In this document: one piece after another, positions 36,254 to 44,268 of the stretch | How positions within the stretch are numbered: position 1 is the first letter of the stretch | Layout of the letters: every line of letters starts with the position of its first letter | Source: Ilumatobacteraceae bacterium | Lineage (GTDB): Bacteria > Actinomycetota > Acidimicrobiia > Acidimicrobiales > Ilumatobacteraceae | Assembly: GCA_965229005.1 (NCBI GenBank) | Contig: CBDDIP010000002.1 | Coordinates: forward strand, 1,014,125-1,078,124 | Length of the DNA: 64,000 nucleotides | Reading direction: 5' to 3' | Translations under genes and position numbers: made by a program | The notes under the pieces: generated by a model | Database searches by the model: none | What the model saw: only the letters and a program-made list of their open reading frames with translations | What the model was told of the DNA's origin: nothing

Positions 36254-37132
36254 TCACCGCGTGGGGCGACCTCGTCCCGCCGGCATCCAATTCGGCCCAG
36301 CAGTCGCGTCCACCCGGGCCATCAACCGCGCCCCGGCTGGCTCGATCGCATCGAGCAGCGCGCGGCAACGACCCTCGCCGAGGTGCTGCCACGGCACCGC
36401 GGTCAGCAGGTCGACGCGGTCCTCGAGGTCGTGGCGGTAGGCGATCCCATCGAGGTTGATCCGACCCTCGGTGACGAAGCCGCGCTCTGCCAGCTCGGCC
36501 ATGGCCTCACCGATGGCGGCATCGTCGGCCCCGCGGCTGCGGGGCAGCCAGTCGTCGGCGTACCGGCGCCAGGCACCGTCCAGCAGGCCGGCGGCCGTCA
36601 TGGACAGGCCCTCGCTGATCTGCACTGCCCAGTGGGTGTCGCCACGCCATTCGCGGATGCAGTTCAGTGCCAGCCACGCCGAGAGCGCTCCGTGCTCGGG
36701 GCGTGGGACCTCGCGGTGCGCGGCGAAGAGCACGCGGCCCGCTGGCGACAGCGCATCGGCGGCTGCCCACAGTTCATCGGCGAACGCCGCCAGTCCGTCG
36801 ACGACATCCGGCACGTGTTCGCTGAGTCCGCTGACGACGGCTGCGTCACGCGCCGCCATCGCATCTTCGAAGGTGGTGTGCGTGCGGCACAGGTCGAGCG
36901 CGAAGCGCACGAAGACCGGGTGGATCGAGCCGAAGGCGGCGATGACCGCCTCGTTGCCGGCAGGTGCCAGCGGGGCGCCGCGAGTGGCGATGTAGTAGCC
37001 GGTCCCGTCGGGCACGCCGAGGGCGGCGTAGTTGGCGATGCCCACCGGGTCCCAGAAGATCCAACCGATCAGTCGATGGCCGGCCAACGAGATGCGCGCG
37101 CTGAGGTCCCGCCAGTCGGCGACGGTGGTCAT
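36254..37132 (-). CDS. conserved hypothetical protein
   Basis: Consistent GC3 from internal ATG 37132 (MTTVADWRDLSARISLAGHRLIGWIFWDP…); 35 bp upstream of fadD-like on the same strand; no family recognised. Confidence 0.45.
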   Translation of the reverse strand: MTTVADWRDLSARISLAGHRLIGWIFWDPVGIANYAALGVPDGTGYYIATRGAPLAPAGNEAVIAAFGSIHPVFVRFALDLCRTHTTFEDAMAARDAAVVSGLSEHVPDVVDGLAAFADELWAAADALSPAGRVLFAAHREVPRPEHGALSAWLALNCIREWRGDTHWAVQISEGLSMTAAGLLDGAWRRYADDWLPRSRGADDAAIGEAMAELAERGFVTEGRINLDGIAYRHDLEDRVDLLTAVPWQHLGEGRCRALLDAIEPAGARLMARVDATAGPNWMPAGRGRPTR

Positions 37133-37184
37133 GAAAGTGACAGTAACAGTGCCACTTGTTGCCGCGACCCTAGAGTGACGCGCC

Positions 37185-37658
37185 GTGGCCCTTCGCGTCG
37201 ACGACATCCCGGTGGTGTTCACGCCACCCGGCGGCTGGACGGGCGAGATGCCAGCGCCCGTGCTCGTCGGATGCGACGACCCGATCGCGACCGGCGCACC
37301 GGACATGCGGGGCACCTGGCGCGTCGTGGAGGTGCATGCCGGTGACCCGCCGTCCGTCGCGCCCGGCCACCCGGCGCTCGGCCACGTGCAGCGCATCGAG
37401 CAGGCCGGCGATCGCGTGGTGATCACGGCCGGCGGCGTCGTGCACGACATGCGCTGTGACGGCACGGAAGAGGGCGGGGTGCACGACGTGGCCGAGTTCG
37501 ACAAGCAGACGCCCATCCACGTCGTTGCCTCGTTCGAGGACGGTGTGCACGTGCTGCGTCCGGTCGGGTTGCCGATCGAGGTGTGCCGGTGGCGCGACGG
37601 CGATCAGCTCGTGTGGAGGTATCTCGGGTTCACCGCCCGGCTCGACCGCCTCGGGTAG
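37185..37658 (+). CDS. hypothetical protein
   Basis: GTG start; 157 aa, good codon bias; no motif recognised. Confidence 0.4.
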   Translation: MALRVDDIPVVFTPPGGWTGEMPAPVLVGCDDPIATGAPDMRGTWRVVEVHAGDPPSVAPGHPALGHVQRIEQAGDRVVITAGGVVHDMRCDGTEEGGVHDVAEFDKQTPIHVVASFEDGVHVLRPVGLPIEVCRWRDGDQLVWRYLGFTARLDRLG

Positions 37659-37661
37659 CGG

Positions 37662-38168
37662 TCAGCCGACGGGGTGGCCGTACATCTCCATGAGGGGGTC
37701 GCTGATCAGCTCGAGGCGTTCGCCGTCGGGGCCGCGGAAGTACAGCGACGAGCCGTCGACGTGCGCGGTCTCGACGCCGGCGTCGGCGAGGCGCTGCTTG
37801 ACGATCTCCCAGTTGACCCGGTCCATCGAGATGGCGAGGTGATGGTGGCCACCGAGCACCTCGGCGTACTCGCCGAGCGGGAGTCCGGGGAGGTCGAAGT
37901 AGGCCAGCGTGTTGCCGTGGCCGATGTCGAAGAAGAAGTGGGTGCTGCCGACGTAGTCCCGGTTCTCGAACATCTCGATCAACGGGAAGCCGAGCAGGTC
38001 CTGGAAGAAGTGGACGGTCCGCTCGACGTCGCTGCTGATCAGCGCGACGTGGTGCACGCCGCGAGCCGTGCTGGTCGGCCGGGATTCGCGCGGCGCGAGC
38101 AGTCGCGCGCTGATGTCGGCGCGACGCTCGTCGAGGTGGGTGCGTGTGGCTTCGTCGACGCCGCTCAT
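37662..38168 (-). CDS. VOC (glyoxalase / bleomycin-resistance / dioxygenase) family protein
   Basis: betaalphabetabetabeta module with metal-binding His/Glu (GVHHVALISSDVERTVHFF…GGHHHLAI); start overlaps the LLM gene stop. Confidence 0.75.
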   Translation of the reverse strand: MSGVDEATRTHLDERRADISARLLAPRESRPTSTARGVHHVALISSDVERTVHFFQDLLGFPLIEMFENRDYVGSTHFFFDIGHGNTLAYFDLPGLPLGEYAEVLGGHHHLAISMDRVNWEIVKQRLADAGVETAHVDGSSLYFRGPDGERLELISDPLMEMYGHPVG

Positions 38169-38926
38169 GGCAGCCTCCAGTCGTTGATGATCGTGTGCTC
38201 GGTGTCTGGCAGGGGCACGAGAACGACGCTGGTCGCGCCGGCTTCGGCGAACACGTCGATCTGCGCTCGCCACGTGTCGATCGGCCCGTCGATGGTCGAC
38301 TCGTCGCCGACCGCACCGCCCGCCCACTTGAACAGCGTGATGCGCGGCCCGCTGCCGAGCACGGCACGCACCTCGGCGACGCGTTCGGGTGTGGTGCCCT
38401 CGACCAGGATCACACCGTCGGCGCAGCGCCGGACGAGCTCGATGCCCTTCGGACCGCGAACGCCGAGCGACACGGCCGGTGGCGGCGTCGCAGGGTGGAC
38501 GAGCTTGAGGCCGGCGATGCGCACGTGGCGACCGTCGACGTCGGCCCGACCGCCGGCCACCAGCGCGGTGACCGCAGAGGTCGTCTCCTCCAGGGAGGCG
38601 ATCCACGACACGGGTGTCGCGCCGACGGCCTCGATCCACGTCGGCTCGCCGTGGCCGAAGCCCATGTGGAAGCGGCCGGGGTGCATGCGGCTCAGCGTGG
38701 CCACCTCCATCGCTGCGTAGCCGGCGTTGCGTGCGACGGCAGGTGCGATGCCGAGGCCGACGTCGATGCGCGACGTCAACGCGAGGGCAGTGGCCGCCTG
38801 GGCGAAGCCGCCGTGGTAGCCGAGGTCCTCGACCACCCACAGCTCGTCGAACCCGAGCCCTTCGACGGCGGTGGCGAACGCGGGCAGGTGTTCCGGCGCG
38901 TATTCGCGCCGGAACATCACGCCCAT
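38165..38926 (-). CDS. LLM-class (luciferase-like) flavin/F420-dependent oxidoreductase
   Basis: MGVMFRREYAPEHLPAFATAVEGLGFDELWVVEDL… typical LLM TIM-barrel N-terminus; start at second Met (38926) leaves a 15-bp gap to the pirin gene. Confidence 0.7.
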   Translation of the reverse strand: MGVMFRREYAPEHLPAFATAVEGLGFDELWVVEDLGYHGGFAQAATALALTSRIDVGLGIAPAVARNAGYAAMEVATLSRMHPGRFHMGFGHGEPTWIEAVGATPVSWIASLEETTSAVTALVAGGRADVDGRHVRIAGLKLVHPATPPPAVSLGVRGPKGIELVRRCADGVILVEGTTPERVAEVRAVLGSGPRITLFKWAGGAVGDESTIDGPIDTWRAQIDVFAEAGATSVVLVPLPDTEHTIINDWRLP

Positions 38927-38940
38927 CCGCACCGGATCTG

Positions 38941-39648
38941 TCAAGCCGTCACCCACACCAACAGTTCAGCACCTTCCGCGCCGGCCGTGAACGGGAACGC
39001 CCCGTCGCCGGCCAACCGGAGCGCATCACCGGCGGCGAGATCGCCGACGCCGTCGACCACTCCGCTGCCAACGGCGACGAACGCGTGGACGTGCGCGCCA
39101 TCGGGGATGGTCACCGAATCGCCGGCGGAAACCCGTGCGGCCCACAGCACGGCGTCGCGCTGGTGGATCTTCACCGCACCGGCGTGACCCTGACCCGAGG
39201 CGACGGCGACCAACCCGCCCGCGGCGAGCGCCTCGCTCAGGTCGCGCTGCTCGTAGCCGGGCTCGACGCCGTTCGTGTCCGGCACGACCCACATCTGGAC
39301 GAAGTGCACCGGTTCGGTCGCGCTGTGGTTCATCTCGCTGTGGCGGATGCCGCTGCCGGCACTCATCCGCTGCGCCAGACCCGGGTAGATGACGCCCTCC
39401 GTGCCGGTGCTGTCGCGATGCTCGAGCTCGCCGCTGAGGACCCACGTGACGATCTCCATGTCGCGGTGGCCGTGCGTGCCGAACCCGCCGCCGCCGTGGA
39501 CGATGTCGTCGTTGTTCACCAGCAGCAGACCGTGGCCCTGGTGGCGCGGCGACCAGTGGTCGCCGAAGTTGAAGGAGTGCTTGGAATCGAGCCAGCCGAT
39601 GTCGGTGGTGAAGCGGTCGGCGGCTCGCTGGATGTCGATCGTGGTCAT
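38941..39648 (-). CDS. pirin family protein (cupin; quercetinase-like)
   Basis: Pirin N-terminal cupin with His ligands (…HSFNFGDHWSPRHQGHGLL…GFGTHGHRDMEIVTWVLSGELEHRDS…). Confidence 0.85.
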   Translation of the reverse strand: MTTIDIQRAADRFTTDIGWLDSKHSFNFGDHWSPRHQGHGLLLVNNDDIVHGGGGFGTHGHRDMEIVTWVLSGELEHRDSTGTEGVIYPGLAQRMSAGSGIRHSEMNHSATEPVHFVQMWVVPDTNGVEPGYEQRDLSEALAAGGLVAVASGQGHAGAVKIHQRDAVLWAARVSAGDSVTIPDGAHVHAFVAVGSGVVDGVGDLAAGDALRLAGDGAFPFTAGAEGAELLVWVTA

Positions 39649-39716
39649 GCATCCTCCAACTTAGTTGCGCACGCAAGTATTCCGCCATTCATGTCGGCCG
39701 AAGTCGTGCATGATCC

Positions 39717-42200
39717 GTGGTGATGGAGACGGGACTCGTGGAACGAGCGTACGAGCGTCAGCGGCTCGCTGCGTGGCTGGCCGACGCACGCGCCGGCCAT
39801 GGCCGGCTCGTCTTGATCGCCGGCGAGGCCGGGATCGGCAAGTCGGCGCTCGTCGGCGACCTGATTACCACCCTCGATCCGTCGGAGTCCATCGTCGTCC
39901 GCTGCGACGCCGACGGTGGGCAGCCAGCGCCGGTGGCCGGCGGCTCGCTCGTCGTCGTCATCGAGGACGTCCACTGGGCAGACGGCGGAACGGTCGCCGC
40001 CATCCGTCGGCTGGCGCGTCACATCGATCGCTCGCCCCTGCTGCTCGTCGTGACCTACCGCGACAACGAGATCGACGACGAACTGCGTGCGCTGCTGCGC
40101 GACCTCACCGCTGCCGACGGGACGGCCTGGCTCCGTCCGCAGCCGCTGTCACCCGGGGGTGTCGAGGCGCTCGCCGACCGACTCGGCTCGAACCGCTCCG
40201 ACGTCCACTCCCTGAGCGGCGGCAACCCGTTCCTGGTCACCGAACTGCTCACGGCCCCGACCGGCGGCAGGTTCGCGCCGCCGGACAACGTCCAGCGTTC
40301 GATCGACGAACGTGCTCGACGCCTGAGCGCCAACGCTCGCCAGCTGCTCGACGTCGTTGCCGTCGTCCCCGGCGTCACCGAGCGATGGGTGCTCGCCGCG
40401 CTGGTCGACTCGGTGGACCGGGCGGTGGAGGAGTGCCTCGCGGCCGGGTTGCTCACGCAGTCGACCGACGGCTGCTCGTTCCGCCACGAGATCGCCCGTG
40501 TCGCCTACGCCGACTTGCTCGATCCCACCGATCGGGCAGCAGTGCACCGCAAGGTGCTCGACGTCCTCGTCGCCCGTGGCGGGGTGGAACCGCAACGGAT
40601 GGTCGCCCACGCGCTCGAAGCGGGTGACACCGCTCGACTCGGAGCTTCCGCGGCGGCCGCGTGCAGCGTGGCGGCCGCGCGGTCGGCGCACCGTGAGGCG
40701 ATCGACTACGGCCGGATCGCGTTGGACGCGCCTGGCGCGTTGGATGCGGACGACACCGCCGAGCTGCAGCTGACGATGGCGGCCGCGCTGTGCGCGTGCA
40801 GCCGCGACGATGAAGCGCACCCACTTGCTGCCGCCGCAGCAGCGCACTGGGATCGGGCGGGCAACGTCGATCGAGCGGCGCGAGCCCGCGATCGAGAGGT
40901 GACGTGCTTGATCGGCATGGGCGAGGGCGAGCGGGCCGCGGCGTTGGCGGCATCGATGGTGGAGACGCTCGACACCGGGACGCCCACGGTCCCCATGGCG
41001 ATCGCTCTCGCGCGCATGACCTCGCTGCACATGCTGGCGCGCCGGCCGGACGAGGCGACGAGCTGGGGCGACCGGGCCGTCGCGATGGCAGAAGCGTTGG
41101 GCGACCGGTCGCTCGCCGATCGTGTGCGCATCGACGCGGGCATCGCTGCGGTGATGGCGGGACGTGTCGAGGCGCTCTCGGTGGTGCGAGCGGCGATCGA
41201 GTCGGCCGACCGGCGCGACGCTCACGGGATCGTCGCGCTCGGTTGGGTGCAGATCGGCTCGGGCTGTGGTGAGGTTCGCGACTACTCCACCGCGATGCCC
41301 GCGCTGCGGACATGCATCACGGTCGCCGAGTCCTACGGCAACGACGGCCAGGGCCGCTATGCGCACGCGTGGCTCGGCCGGTGCCTGTTCGACATGGGCC
41401 AATGGGACGAGGCCGAGGTGCACGTGCGCATCGCACTGGAAGGACCGACCGGAGCGGTCATCACGCGCATCGTCGCGCTGACCACGCTCGGATGGCTTCG
41501 GGCACGGCGCGGGGATGGCGACGTGTGGGAGCCACTGGACGAAGCGCTGGCGCTCGCTCGCCGAACCGGTCACCTTCAACGTGTGTGGCCCGTCGCGGTG
41601 GCCCGCTGCGAGGCGGCGTGGCTCGAGGGACGCGCCGACGACGAGCGTGATCTGGTGCGTGAAGCGTTCGCACTCGCCTCCTCGCTCGGCTACCCGCAGG
41701 CGATCGCCGAGCTGGCCGTGTGGCTTCGCAGACTTGGCGAGCCGGTCGACGTCGATCCGACATCGAGCCCGTTCGGCGCTTGGGCGGGTGGCCAGCACAT
41801 GCTCGCCGTGGCGTCGTTCCGCTCCATGGGCTGCCCGTACGAAGCAGCGATGGTCGAGGCCGACGTCGGCGACGCGGTGTCGCTCCTCGGTGCGTTCGCG
41901 ACCGCATCGCGACTCGGCGCCGCGCCGCTGGCGCGGTTGCTGCAACATCGTCTCGCCGATCGCGGCGAGGTGCGTGCCGTCGTCGAGCCCGAGCCGGAAC
42001 CGACGACGCTCACGTCGCGCGAGGTCGACGTTCTCCGCCTGGTCGCGGTCGGCTTCACGAATCCGCAGATCGGAGCTGCGCTGTTCATCAGTCGCAAGAC
42101 CGCCGAGCACCACGTCTCGAGCATCCTGATGAAGCTCGGCCTCACCAGCCGCAGCCAAGCCGCCGCGGCCGCGGTCCGGCTGGGCGTAGTGGAGGGCTAG
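39717..42200 (+). CDS. large ATP-binding LuxR-family transcriptional regulator (AAA/STAND ATPase + TPR-like middle + C-terminal LuxR HTH)
   Basis: Walker A GEAGIGKSAL; about 800 aa; C-terminal LTSREVDVLRLVAVGFTNPQIGAALFISRKTAEHHVSSILMKLG. Confidence 0.85.
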   Translation: MVMETGLVERAYERQRLAAWLADARAGHGRLVLIAGEAGIGKSALVGDLITTLDPSESIVVRCDADGGQPAPVAGGSLVVVIEDVHWADGGTVAAIRRLARHIDRSPLLLVVTYRDNEIDDELRALLRDLTAADGTAWLRPQPLSPGGVEALADRLGSNRSDVHSLSGGNPFLVTELLTAPTGGRFAPPDNVQRSIDERARRLSANARQLLDVVAVVPGVTERWVLAALVDSVDRAVEECLAAGLLTQSTDGCSFRHEIARVAYADLLDPTDRAAVHRKVLDVLVARGGVEPQRMVAHALEAGDTARLGASAAAACSVAAARSAHREAIDYGRIALDAPGALDADDTAELQLTMAAALCACSRDDEAHPLAAAAAAHWDRAGNVDRAARARDREVTCLIGMGEGERAAALAASMVETLDTGTPTVPMAIALARMTSLHMLARRPDEATSWGDRAVAMAEALGDRSLADRVRIDAGIAAVMAGRVEALSVVRAAIESADRRDAHGIVALGWVQIGSGCGEVRDYSTAMPALRTCITVAESYGNDGQGRYAHAWLGRCLFDMGQWDEAEVHVRIALEGPTGAVITRIVALTTLGWLRARRGDGDVWEPLDEALALARRTGHLQRVWPVAVARCEAAWLEGRADDERDLVREAFALASSLGYPQAIAELAVWLRRLGEPVDVDPTSSPFGAWAGGQHMLAVASFRSMGCPYEAAMVEADVGDAVSLLGAFATASRLGAAPLARLLQHRLADRGEVRAVVEPEPEPTTLTSREVDVLRLVAVGFTNPQIGAALFISRKTAEHHVSSILMKLGLTSRSQAAAAAVRLGVVEG

Positions 42201-43280
42201 ATGTACCCGGCCGTCAGGTTGGTGACGGGAGCCGGCTGATGGGTGGTTGACCGCCGAGGGCGGTGTGGCGACGTTGAGTGTTGTAGTAGTCGAGCCAAGG
42301 TGCAAGAGCGGCTGCGCGTTCGTCGTTGCTGGTGAACACCTGCCGGTATGCCCATTCGGTGGCCAGCGTGCGGTTGAAGCGCTCGACCTTGCCGTTCTGC
42401 CATGGGCAGTGCGGGCGAATGAACTTGTGGGTGATGTCGTGTTCGGCGAGCAGCTCGCGGAGCTGTTTGCTGCGCCGGTAGTTCCAGGCGTTGTCGCTGA
42501 TCAGTCGTTCGATCGTGACGCCGTGCGCGGCGAAGAACTCGATCGCTCGAGCGAAGAACCCGGCGGTCGTTGCGCCGCGTTCGTCCGCGTGGATCTCGCT
42601 GAACGCCAGCCGACTGTGATCATCGACGACCGAGTGGACGTAGTCGTAGCCGAGCTTGATCTTCTTGCGTTCCCACGTTGAGCCCATCTCACGGCCGTGA
42701 GCGCGCCATCCGCCACCGTCGGGGATCCGGCCGATCTTCTTGACGTCCATGTGGACCAGCTCGCCGGGTCGTTCGCGTTCGTAACGCACAGCTGTTGCTT
42801 TCGAGGAACGGATCAGCTGGCCGGTCAGCGGGTCGCAGTCACGCAAGTACGGCACGTTGTGGCGGCGCAGGATCCGACTGACGGTCCTCGGAGGCAGCCC
42901 GAGTTCGGGGCCGAGCCAGTCCTGACCTTTGCGATGCTCGCTGCGAGCGGCAACGACCTTGTTCTCGATCTCGTTGCTGGTGCGCGTCGGCGTGCTGTGC
43001 GGTCGCGATGAACGATCGGCGAGCCCATCGTCTCCTTCGATGTCGAACCGGGCAACCCAACGGTGAGCGCATTGGCGTGAGACGCCCATGGCTTTGGCGA
43101 CGTGAGCGACAGCTTGGCCTTCATCGCGGACTCGGTGCACGAGCAGACGGCGACCATGAACAGTGAGACGGGCGTTACGGTGAGACACCGAAGACCTCCT
43201 GGGTTGTGAAGCGGCAAACTCCACAATGCCCGGAGGTCTTCACGCGTCAGCGGATGTCACCAACGTCCCGGCCGGGTACA
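42201..43280 (-). mobile_element. intact IS481-family insertion sequence with imperfect terminal inverted repeats and 5-bp target-site duplication GCTAG
   Basis: IR starting TGTACCCGGCCG…GTTGGTGAC at both ends (22/25 identical). GCTAG at 42196-42200 and again at 43281-43285. Single DDE transposase ORF inside. Confidence 0.8.
42214..43188 (-). CDS. IS481 family transposase (DDE / rve integrase core)
   Basis: N-terminal HTH (SHRNARLTVHGRRLLVHRV), D…D…E core (VHMDVK…, …ERFNRTL…); GTG start at 43188. Confidence 0.85.
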   Translation of the reverse strand: MSHRNARLTVHGRRLLVHRVRDEGQAVAHVAKAMGVSRQCAHRWVARFDIEGDDGLADRSSRPHSTPTRTSNEIENKVVAARSEHRKGQDWLGPELGLPPRTVSRILRRHNVPYLRDCDPLTGQLIRSSKATAVRYERERPGELVHMDVKKIGRIPDGGGWRAHGREMGSTWERKKIKLGYDYVHSVVDDHSRLAFSEIHADERGATTAGFFARAIEFFAAHGVTIERLISDNAWNYRRSKQLRELLAEHDITHKFIRPHCPWQNGKVERFNRTLATEWAYRQVFTSNDERAAALAPWLDYYNTQRRHTALGGQPPISRLPSPT

Positions 43281-43346
43281 GCTAGACGGCCAGAAGGGGG
43301 CAGGTGCCCCATGCGGTGGGTGGGGTGGTCGTGGTCCAGTAGGGAC

Positions 43347-43619
43347 ATGAACAAGTACGTCATCGAACGAACCATCCCCGGCGCCGGCAAGTTGTCCTCG
43401 GACGAGCTGCAGGCCATCTCCCGCAAGTCGGTCGGCGTGCTCACCGACATGGCGCCTCGTGCCCAGTGGGTGCAGAGCTACGTCACCGGCGACAAGATCT
43501 TCTGCGTCTACCTCGCCGAGAACGAAGAGGCCGTGCGCGAGCACGGGCGTTGCGGCGGTTTCCCCGTCGACAGCGTCAACCTCGTGTCGGCAGTGATCGA
43601 CCCGACCACCGCCAACTGA
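43347..43619 (+). CDS. DUF4242 family small protein
   Basis: MNKYVIERTIPGAGKLSSDELQAISRKS…KIFCVYLAENEEAVREHGRCGGFPVD – matches the DUF4242 sequence pattern; AGGGA RBS. Confidence 0.6.
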   Translation: MNKYVIERTIPGAGKLSSDELQAISRKSVGVLTDMAPRAQWVQSYVTGDKIFCVYLAENEEAVREHGRCGGFPVDSVNLVSAVIDPTTAN

Positions 43620-43665
43620 CGTCCTGATCGGTGGGAACCGTGTCGTAGCGGTCGAGCCCGGAGCG

Positions 43666-44268
43666 GTGCACGATGTGTCGGTGAACATCGACATCGTCGT
43701 CTTCGACGGGCTCGACCACCTCGACGCGATCGGTCCGCTGGAGGTGCTGCGCAGCGCGGCATCCCTCGGCGCCGACGTCACGGCTCGACTGGTGACGCGA
43801 GAGTCCCAGTCGCTCGTCTCCGGACCCTTCGGGCCGTCGTTCGTCCCGGACGGCGTGTTCGAACCGGGTCGTGCCGACATCGTGATCGTCGCCGGTGGCG
43901 GCTGGGCCGCTCGCGCCGACTCGGGCGCGTGGGGCGAGGTGCAACGTGGTGACTGGTTGCCGCTGCTCGCCGAAGCTCGACGATCGACCTCGATCATGGC
44001 CGGGGTGTGCACCGGCACGATGCTCCTCGCACACGCCGGCATCGTCGGCAACCGCCGGGCAGCCACGCATCATCAGGCGTGGGACGACCTCGCTGCCACG
44101 GGTGCGACGGTGGTGCACGAGCGGGTGGTCGACGACGGAGATCTCGTCACGAGCGGCGGCGTGACGAGCGGCATCGATCTCGCGCTGCACCTGGTGGCGC
44201 GACTGTGCTCAGCCGACCTCGCCGAGCGGGTGGGTCAGCGGATGGAGTACCCGACGCTCAGGTCGTAG
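43666..44268 (+). CDS. DJ-1/PfpI (class I glutamine amidotransferase-like) family protein
   Basis: Nucleophile elbow GVCTG with following His; GTG starts at 43666/43675/43681 (VNIDIVVFDG most typical). Confidence 0.75.
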   Translation: MHDVSVNIDIVVFDGLDHLDAIGPLEVLRSAASLGADVTARLVTRESQSLVSGPFGPSFVPDGVFEPGRADIVIVAGGGWAARADSGAWGEVQRGDWLPLLAEARRSTSIMAGVCTGTMLLAHAGIVGNRRAATHHQAWDDLAATGATVVHERVVDDGDLVTSGGVTSGIDLALHLVARLCSADLAERVGQRMEYPTLRS

